Notes: generated by a model not told the origin, from the sequence alone. 64,000 bases of DNA from an uncultured Gammaproteobacteria bacterium (GCA_963792875.1 CAWBXV010000001.1:116661-180660), one strand, 5' to 3'. Positions 9,272 to 19,671 are shown, numbered from the stretch's first letter. Made by a program: numbers and translations.

Positions 9272-9748
9272 CTAGCGCAGGTGCCGGTACTGCCCACCGA
9301 AAAACACCAGCGGCTGCGCCGCGGCATGGCTGGCCATTTCCAGCACCCTGCCCACGATGATGGTGTGATCGCCGCCGTCATAGCGGCGCCACACCTCGCA
9401 CTCCAGCGACACCAGGCAGTCATCGAGCACGGCCTGGCCCGTCGCCCCCCGGCGAAAGGTGCCCGGTATCAGGGCGTGATGGCCCTTGGAGGCGTAGTGG
9501 CGCGAGACATCCTCCTGATGATCGCGCAGAATATTGACCGCAAAGCCGGCGGCGCCAGCAAAAACCTCGGCACAATCCGAATTATTCTGGATACTCCACA
9601 GTATCAGCGGCGGTGCCAGCGACAGCGACGAGAACGAGTTGACGGTCATGCCCTGGGGCTCACCGCCCTCCGGGCAGGTGGTGACGACGCTGATGCCCGT
9701 GGCAAACCGGCCCAGCGCATCGCGGAACGCACGCAGGTCCAGGCTCAT
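9272..9748 (-). CDS. flavin reductase family protein (NAD(P)H-FMN oxidoreductase, RutF/HpaC-like)
   Basis: FRDALGRFATGISVVTT...GMTVNSFSSLSLAPPLILW flavin-reductase-like domain. ATG overlaps the moaE stop (ATGA). Confidence 0.85.
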   Translation of the reverse strand: MSLDLRAFRDALGRFATGISVVTTCPEGGEPQGMTVNSFSSLSLAPPLILWSIQNNSDCAEVFAGAAGFAVNILRDHQEDVSRHYASKGHHALIPGTFRRGATGQAVLDDCLVSLECEVWRRYDGGDHTIIVGRVLEMASHAAAQPLVFFGGQYRHLR

Positions 9749-10296
9749 GCGCTGCCCTCCGCTGCATCCGGCCGCCCCGAGCCACCACCAGGGGCACCCC
9801 AGCGGCGCAGGGCCGCTTCATCGCTGTCGCGAGGCTCCACCCAGCGCTCCTCCCGCCCGCTGCACTCCTTCTTCCAGAACGGGGCGCGGGTCTTCAGGTA
9901 ATCCATGATGAACTCGCAGGCCGCAAAGGCATCGCCGCGGTGGGCACTGGCGACGCCGACGTAGACGATGCGGGCACCGGGGCCGAGTTCTCCGACGCGA
10001 TGCAGCACCGCCACCGCATGCAGCGCCCAGCGCCGCGTCGCCTCTTCGACGATGGCGCCGATCGCCCGCTCGGTCATACCCGGATAGTGCTCCAGCCACA
10101 GCCGCTGAATGTCCCCGCCTGCGCCCCGGCCGCGCACATAACCGGTAAAGCTCACGATGGCGCCGACGCCGCCATCCTCGCGCTGCAGCCAGCGCTCCAG
10201 TTCGCCGACGTCGATATCCTCGGCCAGCACCCGGATTCTCACCGGCGGTGCCGCAGCAGAGCCGGTCTCAGCCGCCCTCGAGCCCATCGCCGCCAC
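9745..10296 (-). CDS. moaE: molybdopterin synthase catalytic subunit MoaE
   Basis: LEHYPGMTERA...VLHRVGEL.PG...FIMDYLKTRAPFWKKE matches E. coli MoaE. GTG start at 10296 sits 8 nt after GGGAGG. Confidence 0.9.
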   Translation of the reverse strand: MAAMGSRAAETGSAAAPPVRIRVLAEDIDVGELERWLQREDGGVGAIVSFTGYVRGRGAGGDIQRLWLEHYPGMTERAIGAIVEEATRRWALHAVAVLHRVGELGPGARIVYVGVASAHRGDAFAACEFIMDYLKTRAPFWKKECSGREERWVEPRDSDEAALRRWGAPGGGSGRPDAAEGSA

Positions 10297-10300
10297 GCCG

Positions 10301-10552
10301 TCAGCCTCCCGTCACCGGCGGAAAGAACGCCAGCTCATCGCCGTCCTCCAGCACTTGCTCGCGCGAGCTGACGCTGTGATTCACGGCTATCACCAGATTT
10401 TCCGCGGCCAGCGCCCGGCGCCAGGCTTCACCACCCTGCGCACCGAGGCGCTCGATGACGTCGCCCACGGTAGCGGGCGCGGACCAGCCAAGACTCAGCT
10501 CACCGGTCCCCAGATCCTCGCGCAGACGAGCGAACAGGCGAACGGTCAGCAT
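10301..10552 (-). CDS. moaD: molybdopterin synthase sulfur-carrier subunit MoaD
   Basis: 83 aa, [12 protein letters not shown]...[11 protein letters not shown] with the C-terminal Gly-Gly. The start overlaps the moaC 3' end by 7 nt. The 176-aa ORF in the track is a run-on. Confidence 0.88.
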   Translation of the reverse strand: MLTVRLFARLREDLGTGELSLGWSAPATVGDVIERLGAQGGEAWRRALAAENLVIAVNHSVSSREQVLEDGDELAFFPPVTGG

Positions 10553-11037
10553 GTTTGCTCCGCTGCGAGCCAGCTTCCGGACTTGCCGCCATGCTTCTCC
10601 AGCAGGCGGACCTGTTCGATCACCATGCCCCTGTCGACGGCCTTGCACATATCGTAAATGGTCAGTGCCGCCACCGAGGCAGCGGTCAGCGCCTCCATCT
10701 CGACGCCGGTCGGTCCGGCGACCTTGCAGCAGGCGCGAATAACGACCGACGGCGGCTCCCGCTCGGTGCTGATGTCCAGCTTGACCGAGGTGAGCATCAG
10801 CGGGTGGCACAGCGGTATGAGCTCCGCGCACTTCTTGGCGGCCTGAATCCCTGCTACCCGGGCCACCGTGAGCACATCGCCCTTGGCGTGCATGCCCTCC
10901 TCGATCATCGCCAGCGTCGTGGCGCTCATGCGGACGCTGGCCGCGGCCACGGCTTCGCGCCCGGTGGCGGGCTTGGCGGTGACGTCCACCATGCTGGCGT
11001 TGCCAGCGGCGTCGAGATGGGTCAATTGTTGGCTCAT
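10546..11037 (-). CDS. moaC: cyclic pyranopterin monophosphate synthase MoaC
   Basis: [19 protein letters not shown]...[14 protein letters not shown]...[23 protein letters not shown], the canonical MoaC sequence. Confidence 0.93.
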   Translation of the reverse strand: MSQQLTHLDAAGNASMVDVTAKPATGREAVAAASVRMSATTLAMIEEGMHAKGDVLTVARVAGIQAAKKCAELIPLCHPLMLTSVKLDISTEREPPSVVIRACCKVAGPTGVEMEALTAASVAALTIYDMCKAVDRGMVIEQVRLLEKHGGKSGSWLAAEQTC

Positions 11038-11076
11038 AGGCAGGGCATCGGGTGACGACGGTGGAATGAGGCGGCC

Positions 11077-11082
11077 ATTATA
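11077..11082 (-). promoter_or_regulatory. candidate -10 hexamer (TATAAT) for the moaCDE operon
   Basis: Perfect TATAAT on the minus strand, 40-45 nt upstream of the moaC ATG, in the 97-nt gap after the upstream gene. No convincing -35 element. Confidence 0.3.
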
Positions 11083-11134
11083 GCCAATTTACGGCGCAAT
11101 AGTGGCGGTCGCTTGCCCGCAGGCGACCATCCGC

Positions 11135-12169
11135 TCACGCGCCGACCGGATCGCAGCTGCGAAAATGATAGACGTCATCGATGAGCAGCCGCTCCAGCTG
11201 CCCCCGCGCCATCAGGTAATGCAGGTGTGCGATACACTCTCCGATGGCGAGATTGATCTGCTCGGCGCCCAGCTCGCGCTTGAACAGCACCGGCAGCAGC
11301 TCCATCGGATTGCGCGGTTCCCGACAGGCCGACTCCAGCGCCTGCAGATGCCCCTCGTGGTGGGCGATCAATTGCCGCAGACGCGTGCGTGCCCCCCTGA
11401 ACGGCAGCCCATGGGCCGGCAGCACCAGGGTGTCCTCGTCCAGCGCGTCCAGGCCGAGCATCTTGTCGTGCGACGCCAGCCACAACTTGAGCGGATTGGC
11501 CTCCGGCTCGATGGCGAGCACGCTGACATTGGAACTGATCGTGGCGATGATCTGATCGCCGGAGAACAGTACGCCGCGTTCAGGGTCCAGCAGACAGGCG
11601 TGCTCCGGTGAGTGCCCCTGACCGACCACCACCTGCCAGCGGGTGTCGCCCAGACACAGCTCGTCGCCCTCGACGATGCGGATAAACGCCCCCGGCATCG
11701 GCTCCACGACCCGGGAAAAACCCGACGCCCGCGCCCGGATCTGCTCGAACGACTGCGGCGGCATCCCCGCACGCTGATAAAACTGACGGATCATGAACGA
11801 AACGCTGTCGCCCGGACCCGCCGCGAAGGTGCGGCCGGTATAGTATTCGCCCTGCGTCATGTACAGCGGCGCCTGCCAGCGCTCGCTCAGCCAGCCCGCC
11901 TGCCCCACGTGGTCCGGGTGCATGTGAGTGACGACGATGCCCAGCACCGGCCTGCCCCCCAGGCACTGGGCGAACACCTGCTCCCAGAGGCGCTGTACTT
12001 CACCGCCCCTGAGGCCGGTATCGATGATGTACCAGCCATCGCCGCCGTCCACCAGGTAGAGGTTGATGTGATCCAGCGCCAGCGGCAGCGGCATGCGCAG
12101 CCAATGTATCCCGGGCTTGACCTCGATGGTGGCGCCAAAAGCCGGCGGCTCGGTGAAGGGAAACTGCAT
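11135..12169 (-). CDS. MBL-fold metallo-hydrolase
   Basis: Start at MQFPFTEPP (ATG 12169). H-x-H-x-D-H motif in VVTHMHPDHVG, later GHSPEH. Confidence 0.85.
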   Translation of the reverse strand: MQFPFTEPPAFGATIEVKPGIHWLRMPLPLALDHINLYLVDGGDGWYIIDTGLRGGEVQRLWEQVFAQCLGGRPVLGIVVTHMHPDHVGQAGWLSERWQAPLYMTQGEYYTGRTFAAGPGDSVSFMIRQFYQRAGMPPQSFEQIRARASGFSRVVEPMPGAFIRIVEGDELCLGDTRWQVVVGQGHSPEHACLLDPERGVLFSGDQIIATISSNVSVLAIEPEANPLKLWLASHDKMLGLDALDEDTLVLPAHGLPFRGARTRLRQLIAHHEGHLQALESACREPRNPMELLPVLFKRELGAEQINLAIGECIAHLHYLMARGQLERLLIDDVYHFRSCDPVGA

Positions 12170-12423
12170 GTCCTCTGCCCCCTGTCTTTCATGCACTCCT
12201 ACCCACGTCTGGCCGCCGCAGTGCTGCGACCGCTGCTGGCTCACGCAGGCCTGCCAGCGGTGTTATACGTGGAGCATACAACAGCCGCTCACTGCGGCGG
12301 TGACTTTTCTCGCTACCCGGCCCGCAGGCAGGAGCGGGGCACCATAGCGGTATTATTCGGCTTGAACATCCCGGCCACTTATTGAAAACTGCCCGCAAGC
12401 CCTTACCAGAGAGAGCCAGCGCA

Positions 12424-12615
12424 ATGCCGACCGACATCTTTGACGATCGCAGGACCGCCTCAGACCGCCGCGGCACCTTCGGGGTGAACGGCCACATACA
12501 TTGCCGCCGGCGCACGGGCAACCGCCGCTGCAGGAGCAGTGACGCGCGCAAGACATGCTGGTGGCTGCAGACCAACTATGTCGACAAGGAGCACATCGTG
12601 TTCAGCCATCGCTGA
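12424..12615 (+). CDS. small arginine-rich hypothetical protein (DRR-motif / WW), paralogue of 31320..31505
   Basis: 63 aa (MPTDIFDDRRTASDRRGTFGVNGHIHCRRRTGNRRCRSSDARKTCWWLQTNYVDKEHIVFSHR). Shares M-x4-F-x2-RR...DRR...I-x-CRR...(D/N)RR...WW with the 61-aa ORF at 31320..31505. Weak RBS. An upstream TTG at 12382 is possible. Confidence 0.5.
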   Translation: MPTDIFDDRRTASDRRGTFGVNGHIHCRRRTGNRRCRSSDARKTCWWLQTNYVDKEHIVFSHR

Positions 12616-12822
12616 GCACTGCCGCGGCCGCTGGCGGCTGGCAACCGACCCGCCAGGAGGTCGCTGCGACGCGCAGCCCGACTGCCCGCGGCTCGGCCGT
12701 GTTAATTGATGTCCGGAACCGTCCGCGACCGATTGCCGCGCGGACGATCACCGGGGCGCCAGCAGCAGGCAACCACTACGCTACAGCCACCCGGGTCAGC
12801 ACCCGATTACAGGAGACTCACG

Positions 12823-13188
12823 ATGAAAAAGTCGCTCACTCCGCTGTACCTCGCCCTTGCGACGGCCCAGGGCGCTCTGGGCCTCGGCCTGGGGGACCCG
12901 AGCCAGGCTTCGCACCTGGGCGAACCCCTGGACACGACCATACCGCTGCTGGATTCCGAAAACTGGAAGAGCGATCAGATCAGGGTCAGCGTCATCGCCG
13001 ACTCCGCAGCCCTGGCGCGCGATATCGACGCCTCGGTAGCCACCAGCGGGGGAAAAACCTACGTCCAGCTGCGCACCACCGGGCCGGTGCGCGAGCCCTA
13101 CCTGGGTTTCACGGTAGAGCTGCGCTGGCCGCAGGGAACGGTACAGCGCCAGTATCAGTTTCTGCTGGACCCACCCCCGAAACACTGA
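12823..13188 (+). CDS. secreted FimV N-terminal-domain-like protein (short paralogue of FimV)
   Basis: ATG 12823 with AGGAG 8 nt upstream and a signal peptide MKKSLTPLYLALATAQGALG. LGLGDPSQASHLGEPL...VREPYLGFTVELRWPQGTVQRQYQFLLDPP aligns with the FimV N-terminus in this window (LGLGEIELESSLNQPL...VREPFLDFVLEARWPEGRLLREYTVLVDLP). Confidence 0.7.
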   Translation: MKKSLTPLYLALATAQGALGLGLGDPSQASHLGEPLDTTIPLLDSENWKSDQIRVSVIADSAALARDIDASVATSGGKTYVQLRTTGPVREPYLGFTVELRWPQGTVQRQYQFLLDPPPKH

Positions 13189-13227
13189 CCGGCACCGCCC
13201 CGGGCACGGCAGGCGGTGCCCGGGCGC

Positions 13228-16092
13228 TCACCTGAGGCGGTCGATGCCTTCGCCCGGCAGCGGGGCGGACGGGCCCAGCCCGAACTGATCCTGGATGCCG
13301 ACTTCGAAATCCACATCGCGCAGCGCCCCGTCGATCTCAAAGACGTGCACATCGTCCAGCGTCGGGTAGGCGCCGCAGCTCTCCCCCGGCGTACAGATGA
13401 TGAAATCGTTGTCGATATCGGAGCCCGCGTACAGCCGGTAGCGGCGCTTGCCCGCAGCCCGCGGGAAGGCATAGGGGTACTCCCCGGACGGCGACCGCTC
13501 CACCTCGGTCTGCTGCACCACGTCCTGCGTGTCCGCATCGATCAGCAGCACATAAAGCCTGCCCGCGTCTCCCGCGCCCGCCGACTCGGTCGGCACCTCC
13601 AGGTATACCGGCAGCTCCAGCACCCTGTCATCGGACTGCCAGACCTCCACCCGGGCCCGGTAGACGGCCCCACCGAGTCCGCTGCGATCGACAGCGGCCA
13701 CATACTCGCCAAAGCCGCTGGCGTCGACGTCCGCTGCGGGGGTCACCGTGAGCCAGGGCTCGCTGGACACCACCTGGCGCACGGAGGGCGCGTTCTGCCC
13801 CACCCGGGTGAGCGAAAACCGGCGCGCTACCGTGCCGACCGGAAAATCCAGCGCCGTGGGTGTGGCGCTGATGAAACCGCCGACGGGTTCACCGGCGAGC
13901 GCCTGCGCCGCCTGCACCGCACGGTAGGCATCAATCAGACCAAAGCCATATTGTTTGTCTCTGCCGCTGGCGCCGAGGTCATCGACCATGACGCCGCTTG
14001 CCAGCACCGCTTCGAACTGCGCCGGTGACAACTGCGGATAGACCGCCTTCATCAGGGCGGCGACGCCGGTCACGTGGGGCGCGGCCATGGACGTGCCGCT
14101 GGACCAGCCGTAGCGGAACTCGATGGCGCCGGAGGAATCGTCACCCATGGTGCTGAGGATGCGGTCCGGATAGCCGTCGCCGTCGCGGTCGACGTCGTCC
14201 CCGCCGGGCGCCACCACATCGACAAAATCGCCGAAGTTGGAGTAACTGGCCCGCGCGGAACCCGAGGTGACGGCACCGACGGCCACCACGCCCTCGTACG
14301 CGGCCGGGTAGAATTGCACCTCGCTGCCGGCATTGCCCGCAGCCGCCACCACGATCACACCGGCGGCCCGCGCCGCCGTGATGGCATCCTGCAGCGCCTG
14401 GCTGTAACACTCGCTGCAGCCCAGGCTGAGATTGATGATGTCCGCACGGCGGGCGGGCAGCTTGCCGCTGGCGTTGTCCAGGCCCGCCGCATAGCGCAGG
14501 CCCTGCAGCAGATCGAAGGATGAGCCGCCGCCCAGGCCAAGCACGCGGATGGGCATGATGACAGCGCCCCAGGAGACACCCGCGACGCCACTGCGGTTGC
14601 CGGTCTGCGCCGCCACGGTGCCCGCGACGTGGGTACCGTGGAAACTGCTGAGCTTGGAGGGCCCGCGGCGATCACCGACGTCGTCGGGATTGGCATCGAT
14701 GCCGTCACCATCGGCCGCCACCGCAGGGTCGCTGATGAAGTCGTAACCCGCCGTCAGACTCCCGGCGAGGTCGGGATGCCCCAGCAATACACCCGTATCG
14801 ATGACGGCGACGGTCACGGCATTGCCGCTGCCGGCGACGCGCGCGACATCCCAGGCGGCGGGCAGCTTGATGAAGGGATAATTCCACTGGCTCGGGTACA
14901 GCGCGTCGTCCGGGACGGCCGCCGCCTGGACCCGGTAGTTGGGTTCGATGCTGGCGATGTCGCTGCGCCGCGACAGCGCTTTGAGCAGCTTGCGGGTCAG
15001 ATATTTGGGATTGCCCATACCCAGCGGATCGGCGGCGCCGTCGTACCGCCCGGCGCCAGGCGCCAGCCCCCGCAGGCCAGGGCGCCCTGCCAGCCGTTCG
15101 CCGTGGAGGCCGGCGCCCAGCATTGCCAGCAACTCGCGGGCGCTGCTGCCATCGCGCCAGCTCAGCAGCGCCGCTGCCCTCCCGCTCGCGTCGGCGGCGA
15201 GGCGCACATCGGGCACCCCCCGCAGCGCCGACAGCGTGTCATCCTGGGGGGCCAGCAGCGCCGAGGCCGCGTCGCGGAAACGCACGATCGCCTCATTGGG
15301 CCGGAAATCCGCCGAGCTGGCGGCCTGAGAACCAGCGGCCTGAGAGGCGATGCCCGCCGCTGCGCTGTTGCCGACGTACAGCACGTATTTGCTGATGCCC
15401 GCCGCGGCGTCCACCACGATGTAGTAGCTGCCCCCCTGCCCCGGCGGCACGCGCAGAATCTCGAACTCGCCCGTGCCGTCAGCATAGGACTGCAACGTCA
15501 TGTCGCTGTCGTAAAGAAACAGGTCCAGATCGTTGCGCAGCGGGTCATCGGCATCGTGATCCGATACCCGCAGGGTGATCTGCTGGCCCTCGAGCAGTTC
15601 GACGGCGTAGACGTCGCGCCAGTCCGGCACCGAGGCAAAGCGCCCGGCCCCGCTACCCGAGGGCTCTGCGCTGGCGAAACCATTGAGCACAGAGGGGTTC
15701 GACAGCGCCTGCGCGAACTCGCGCTCATCGTTGTAGGCGTAGGGCGCCTCCGGGTCGTTGACGTCGCCATCCACCCTGACGCTGTCCGCTACCCGGATAG
15801 TGCCGGCGAGCGACAGCACCTGCGGCAGCGGCTCCGGCTCGATAGCGCCACCCCCTCCGGTATCGGCGCCATCACCGCTGCCGCTGCCCCCGCCGCCGCC
15901 ACACGCTGGCAGCAGCGCAAACAAACCGGCCAGCGCGACGACGCGGGCGCACTGCGCCAGCCAGCGCTGCCCCGACCGGGCAGCACTGACGGCCGGCACG
16001 GTACGGCGCAGGGCCGCTGCGGGCTCCCCGGCAGACCGTTCGCCGCGGCCAGCGCCGCCGGGCGCGGCATCACCGCGATGCACCGCCTCCAT
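13228..16092 (-). CDS. S8-family (subtilisin-like) serine peptidase, probable lipoprotein
   Basis: Asp/His/Ser triad motifs VAVIDTGV, FHGTHVAGTVAA and GTSMAAPHVTGVAAL. Lipobox LFALLPAC followed by a Gly/Ser linker. N-terminal pre-peptidase-like domain. Start uncertain (ATG 16092 with GAGG 8 nt upstream, ATG 16110, or GTG 15999 giving a 33-aa signal). Confidence 0.85.
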   Translation of the reverse strand: MEAVHRGDAAPGGAGRGERSAGEPAAALRRTVPAVSAARSGQRWLAQCARVVALAGLFALLPACGGGGGSGSGDGADTGGGGAIEPEPLPQVLSLAGTIRVADSVRVDGDVNDPEAPYAYNDEREFAQALSNPSVLNGFASAEPSGSGAGRFASVPDWRDVYAVELLEGQQITLRVSDHDADDPLRNDLDLFLYDSDMTLQSYADGTGEFEILRVPPGQGGSYYIVVDAAAGISKYVLYVGNSAAAGIASQAAGSQAASSADFRPNEAIVRFRDAASALLAPQDDTLSALRGVPDVRLAADASGRAAALLSWRDGSSARELLAMLGAGLHGERLAGRPGLRGLAPGAGRYDGAADPLGMGNPKYLTRKLLKALSRRSDIASIEPNYRVQAAAVPDDALYPSQWNYPFIKLPAAWDVARVAGSGNAVTVAVIDTGVLLGHPDLAGSLTAGYDFISDPAVAADGDGIDANPDDVGDRRGPSKLSSFHGTHVAGTVAAQTGNRSGVAGVSWGAVIMPIRVLGLGGGSSFDLLQGLRYAAGLDNASGKLPARRADIINLSLGCSECYSQALQDAITAARAAGVIVVAAAGNAGSEVQFYPAAYEGVVAVGAVTSGSARASYSNFGDFVDVVAPGGDDVDRDGDGYPDRILSTMGDDSSGAIEFRYGWSSGTSMAAPHVTGVAALMKAVYPQLSPAQFEAVLASGVMVDDLGASGRDKQYGFGLIDAYRAVQAAQALAGEPVGGFISATPTALDFPVGTVARRFSLTRVGQNAPSVRQVVSSEPWLTVTPAADVDASGFGEYVAAVDRSGLGGAVYRARVEVWQSDDRVLELPVYLEVPTESAGAGDAGRLYVLLIDADTQDVVQQTEVERSPSGEYPYAFPRAAGKRRYRLYAGSDIDNDFIICTPGESCGAYPTLDDVHVFEIDGALRDVDFEVGIQDQFGLGPSAPLPGEGIDRLR

Positions 16093-16171
16093 CAACCTTA
16101 CCTCATCCATCGCGCACACCGCGCTTCGCTCCCGGGTCCCGACGACTGCACCATGGCGCACCCGGCGCTCA

Positions 16172-16636
16172 CTACATGTACATGAAGATCAGTTCGTAGA
16201 TCAGCGCGGGACGATCCTGGCCGACCACGTTGACCTGCTGCTCCATGACCACGGTGAGGCCCTTGGGCGACTGCGTCACTTCCTTCACGCGGCTGCGCGC
16301 GTGGATGCGGGAACCGACCGGGACGATGCCGGTGAAGCGCAGCTTGTTGGAGCCATAGTTCATCATATTGTTGAAACCCACGATCTCCCACTCCTGGGCG
16401 GCGCGCAGGCGCGGCAGCAGTATGAGGGTCAGAAATCCGTGGGCGATGGGCACCTTGAAGGGGCTCATCTGGCTGCATTTTTCCGGATCGGTGTGCAGCC
16501 AGTAGTCGTCGCCGCTGAGCGCGGCGAACTGGTTGATCATCTCCTGGGTCACTTCGAGCTCGGCCCCCCACTGGCCAAAATCCTCAGAGACGATGCCCTG
16601 CAAGGCTGCTATGTCGTCAAATCGGTACTGCTTCAT
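16172..16636 (-). CDS. MaoC-like (R)-specific enoyl-CoA hydratase (hotdog fold)
   Basis: 154 aa starting at MKQYRFDDI (ATG 16636). SGDDYWLHTDPEKC...PIAHGFLTL is the MaoC dehydratase motif. The 288-aa track ORF is a run-on. Confidence 0.85.
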   Translation of the reverse strand: MKQYRFDDIAALQGIVSEDFGQWGAELEVTQEMINQFAALSGDDYWLHTDPEKCSQMSPFKVPIAHGFLTLILLPRLRAAQEWEIVGFNNMMNYGSNKLRFTGIVPVGSRIHARSRVKEVTQSPKGLTVVMEQQVNVVGQDRPALIYELIFMYM

Positions 16637-16946
16637 GCTGAATCTCCTGTCGTAAAACACCGCATGCGGCCAGCCGCGGCCCACTGGGCGGGTATGGTAG
16701 CAAAAACCGTAGCGCCCTCCAGCAAAAAAAGCAGGCCGAGTGCGCCGGGCTGTGCGGCAGCGCCCAGGACCGGCCATGAACGCCCGCACAGTGCCAGCGC
16801 CGTGGTAATAACGGGCCACCTTTGCGCCCCGCTGCGGCCAGCTCTGTCCGCTTTCGCTATTGTCATTCTCGCGCCTTGCGGTAAGCTTAGCGCCCCGTAC
16901 CACCGCCCCTGCCCCCAGGTCAGGAGGCCCGTCTGTTTCCTCATAG

Positions 16947-18140
<1,194 letters not shown>

Positions 18141-18200
18141 TCCGCGGCGCGCGCCCGCGGCGGGCGCCGTATTGAATCCACGCAGTAGGGGAGACAAGCT

Positions 18201-19112
18201 ATGGGAGATTTAACCGGTAAGGTCGCCATCGTCACCGGCGCCGGGCGCGGACTGGGCCGCGAGGAAGCGCTGCAGCTGGCGCGCCAGGGCGCGCGGGTGG
18301 TCATCAACGACATCAACCTGCCCGCTGCCGAGGCCGCTGCACAGGCCACGGTGGAGGAGATCCGGGGCTTCGGCGGCGAGGCCATCGCCGTGTTCGGCGA
18401 CTGTGCCGACACCGGCGATTCCGAGAAGCTGTTCAGCACCGCCCTGGACACCTTCGGCAACGTGAATATCCTGGTCAACAACGCCGGCTTCTGCCGCGAC
18501 AAGACCATCTTCAGCATGAGCGACGAGGAGTTCGACTCCGTCGTCAGGGTTCACCTGCGCGGGCACTTCGTCAATATGCGCAACGCCACCAAGTTGTGGC
18601 GCGAGCAGGCCAAGGGCGGCCAGCCCATCTACGGCCGCCTGATCAGCACCTCGTCGGAGGCGATGATCTTCGGCTCAGCGGGCCAGCCCAACTACGCCGC
18701 AGCCAAGGCGGGCATCACCGCCATGACCATGGGCGCGGCGCAGCTCATGATCAAGTACGGCATCACCTGCAACGTGATCATGCCCCGCGCCCGCACCGAC
18801 ATGACCAACCAGGGCCCCACCGCGGCCCTGTTCAAGGCGCCCGATAACGGCTTCGACGCCTTCAATCCGGAGAATGTCGCGCCGCTGGTCGGCTACCTGG
18901 CCTCGCCCGAAGCCGGCCACATCGCCGGGGAAGTGTTCGTGGTGTGGGGCAGCCGGGTCAACATCCTGCAGCGGCCCCGCCTGGATGTGTTCTACGACAA
19001 CCCCGAGGGCGCCAGGAAGTGGAGCCTCGACGGGCTGCACAACACCCTGTCGGACTACTTCAACGCCGAGCACACCCCGGTGCTCGACGGCTTCTCCGTG
19101 CCGCCCCAGTAG
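18201..19112 (+). CDS. SDR-family oxidoreductase (MFE-2-type 3-hydroxyacyl-CoA dehydrogenase-like)
   Basis: TGAGRGLG cofactor motif, NNAG, and catalytic Y-x3-K (NYAAAKAG). 303 aa. Confidence 0.88.
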   Translation: MGDLTGKVAIVTGAGRGLGREEALQLARQGARVVINDINLPAAEAAAQATVEEIRGFGGEAIAVFGDCADTGDSEKLFSTALDTFGNVNILVNNAGFCRDKTIFSMSDEEFDSVVRVHLRGHFVNMRNATKLWREQAKGGQPIYGRLISTSSEAMIFGSAGQPNYAAAKAGITAMTMGAAQLMIKYGITCNVIMPRARTDMTNQGPTAALFKAPDNGFDAFNPENVAPLVGYLASPEAGHIAGEVFVVWGSRVNILQRPRLDVFYDNPEGARKWSLDGLHNTLSDYFNAEHTPVLDGFSVPPQ

Positions 19113-19133
19113 GCGCGCCGGCAGCGCGCGACC

Positions 19134-19162
19134 GGGCCGTGGGTAGGGTCTACCCGCGGCCC
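19134..19162 (+). other. GC-rich stem-loop between the SDR and thioesterase genes (possible terminator/attenuator)
   Basis: GGGCCGTGGGTAG-ggt-CTACCCGCGGCCC, a 13-bp stem (one G-U pair) with a 3-nt loop. No U-tract follows. Confidence 0.35.
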
Positions 19163-19191
19163 TGTGCCATACCCTGCCGCGGAGACCCGCT

Positions 19192-19590
19192 TTGGATACC
19201 CTTCCCGAGTATACCCGCCACCTGAAGATCGATGATCTGGGTCTGGACGAACGCGGACACTACTGCCTGCGGGTGGCGCTGGAAGACATACACCTGAGCC
19301 GCGCCCGCCAGGTTCACGGCGGCATGCTGTTCACGCTGCTCGACGCCGCCATGGGCAGAGTCGCCATGAGCCAGCTGGGCGGCGATTTTTTCTGCCCCAC
19401 CGTGGAAATGAAGATCAATTATTTCCGTCCCGCCGCCACCGGCGTCCTGCGCGCCCACGCCTGGGTGGTGAATACCAGCCGGCAGCTGCTGTACGCGGAG
19501 GGCGAAATCCTCGGCGACCGCGACCAGCTCATCGCCCGCGCCACCGGCACCTTCTTTATCAAGCCGCGCGACAGTTTCGTGAATAGTTAG
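19192..19590 (+). CDS. PaaI-family acyl-CoA thioesterase (hotdog fold)
   Basis: VHGGMLFTLLDAAMG...CPTVEMKINYFRP...ATGTF is typical of PaaI/YbgC-like thioesterases. The start codon is a TTG and is uncertain. Confidence 0.8.
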   Translation: MDTLPEYTRHLKIDDLGLDERGHYCLRVALEDIHLSRARQVHGGMLFTLLDAAMGRVAMSQLGGDFFCPTVEMKINYFRPAATGVLRAHAWVVNTSRQLLYAEGEILGDRDQLIARATGTFFIKPRDSFVNS

Positions 19591-19671
19591 CGCCCGCTGC
19601 ACGGTCCCCGCAGGCGGGATCTAGACTTGCCCCTGCAGTAACAGCACAACCGCCAGACTGACAGGGACGTC

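Noticed and set aside
11038-11134. Possible Moco riboswitch upstream of moaC
   Set aside because: Only 97 nt are available, and I could not find the conserved Moco-motif helices or loops. Just a TATAAT hexamer and a 6-bp hairpin.
15850-15910. Glycine-rich stretch (GGGGGSGSGDGADTGGGG) in the S8 protease as possible RTX repeats, making it the T1SS substrate
   Set aside because: It is a lipoprotein tether directly after the lipobox Cys, not GGxGxD nonapeptide repeats. The protein also has an N-terminal Sec/Lol signal rather than a C-terminal T1SS signal.
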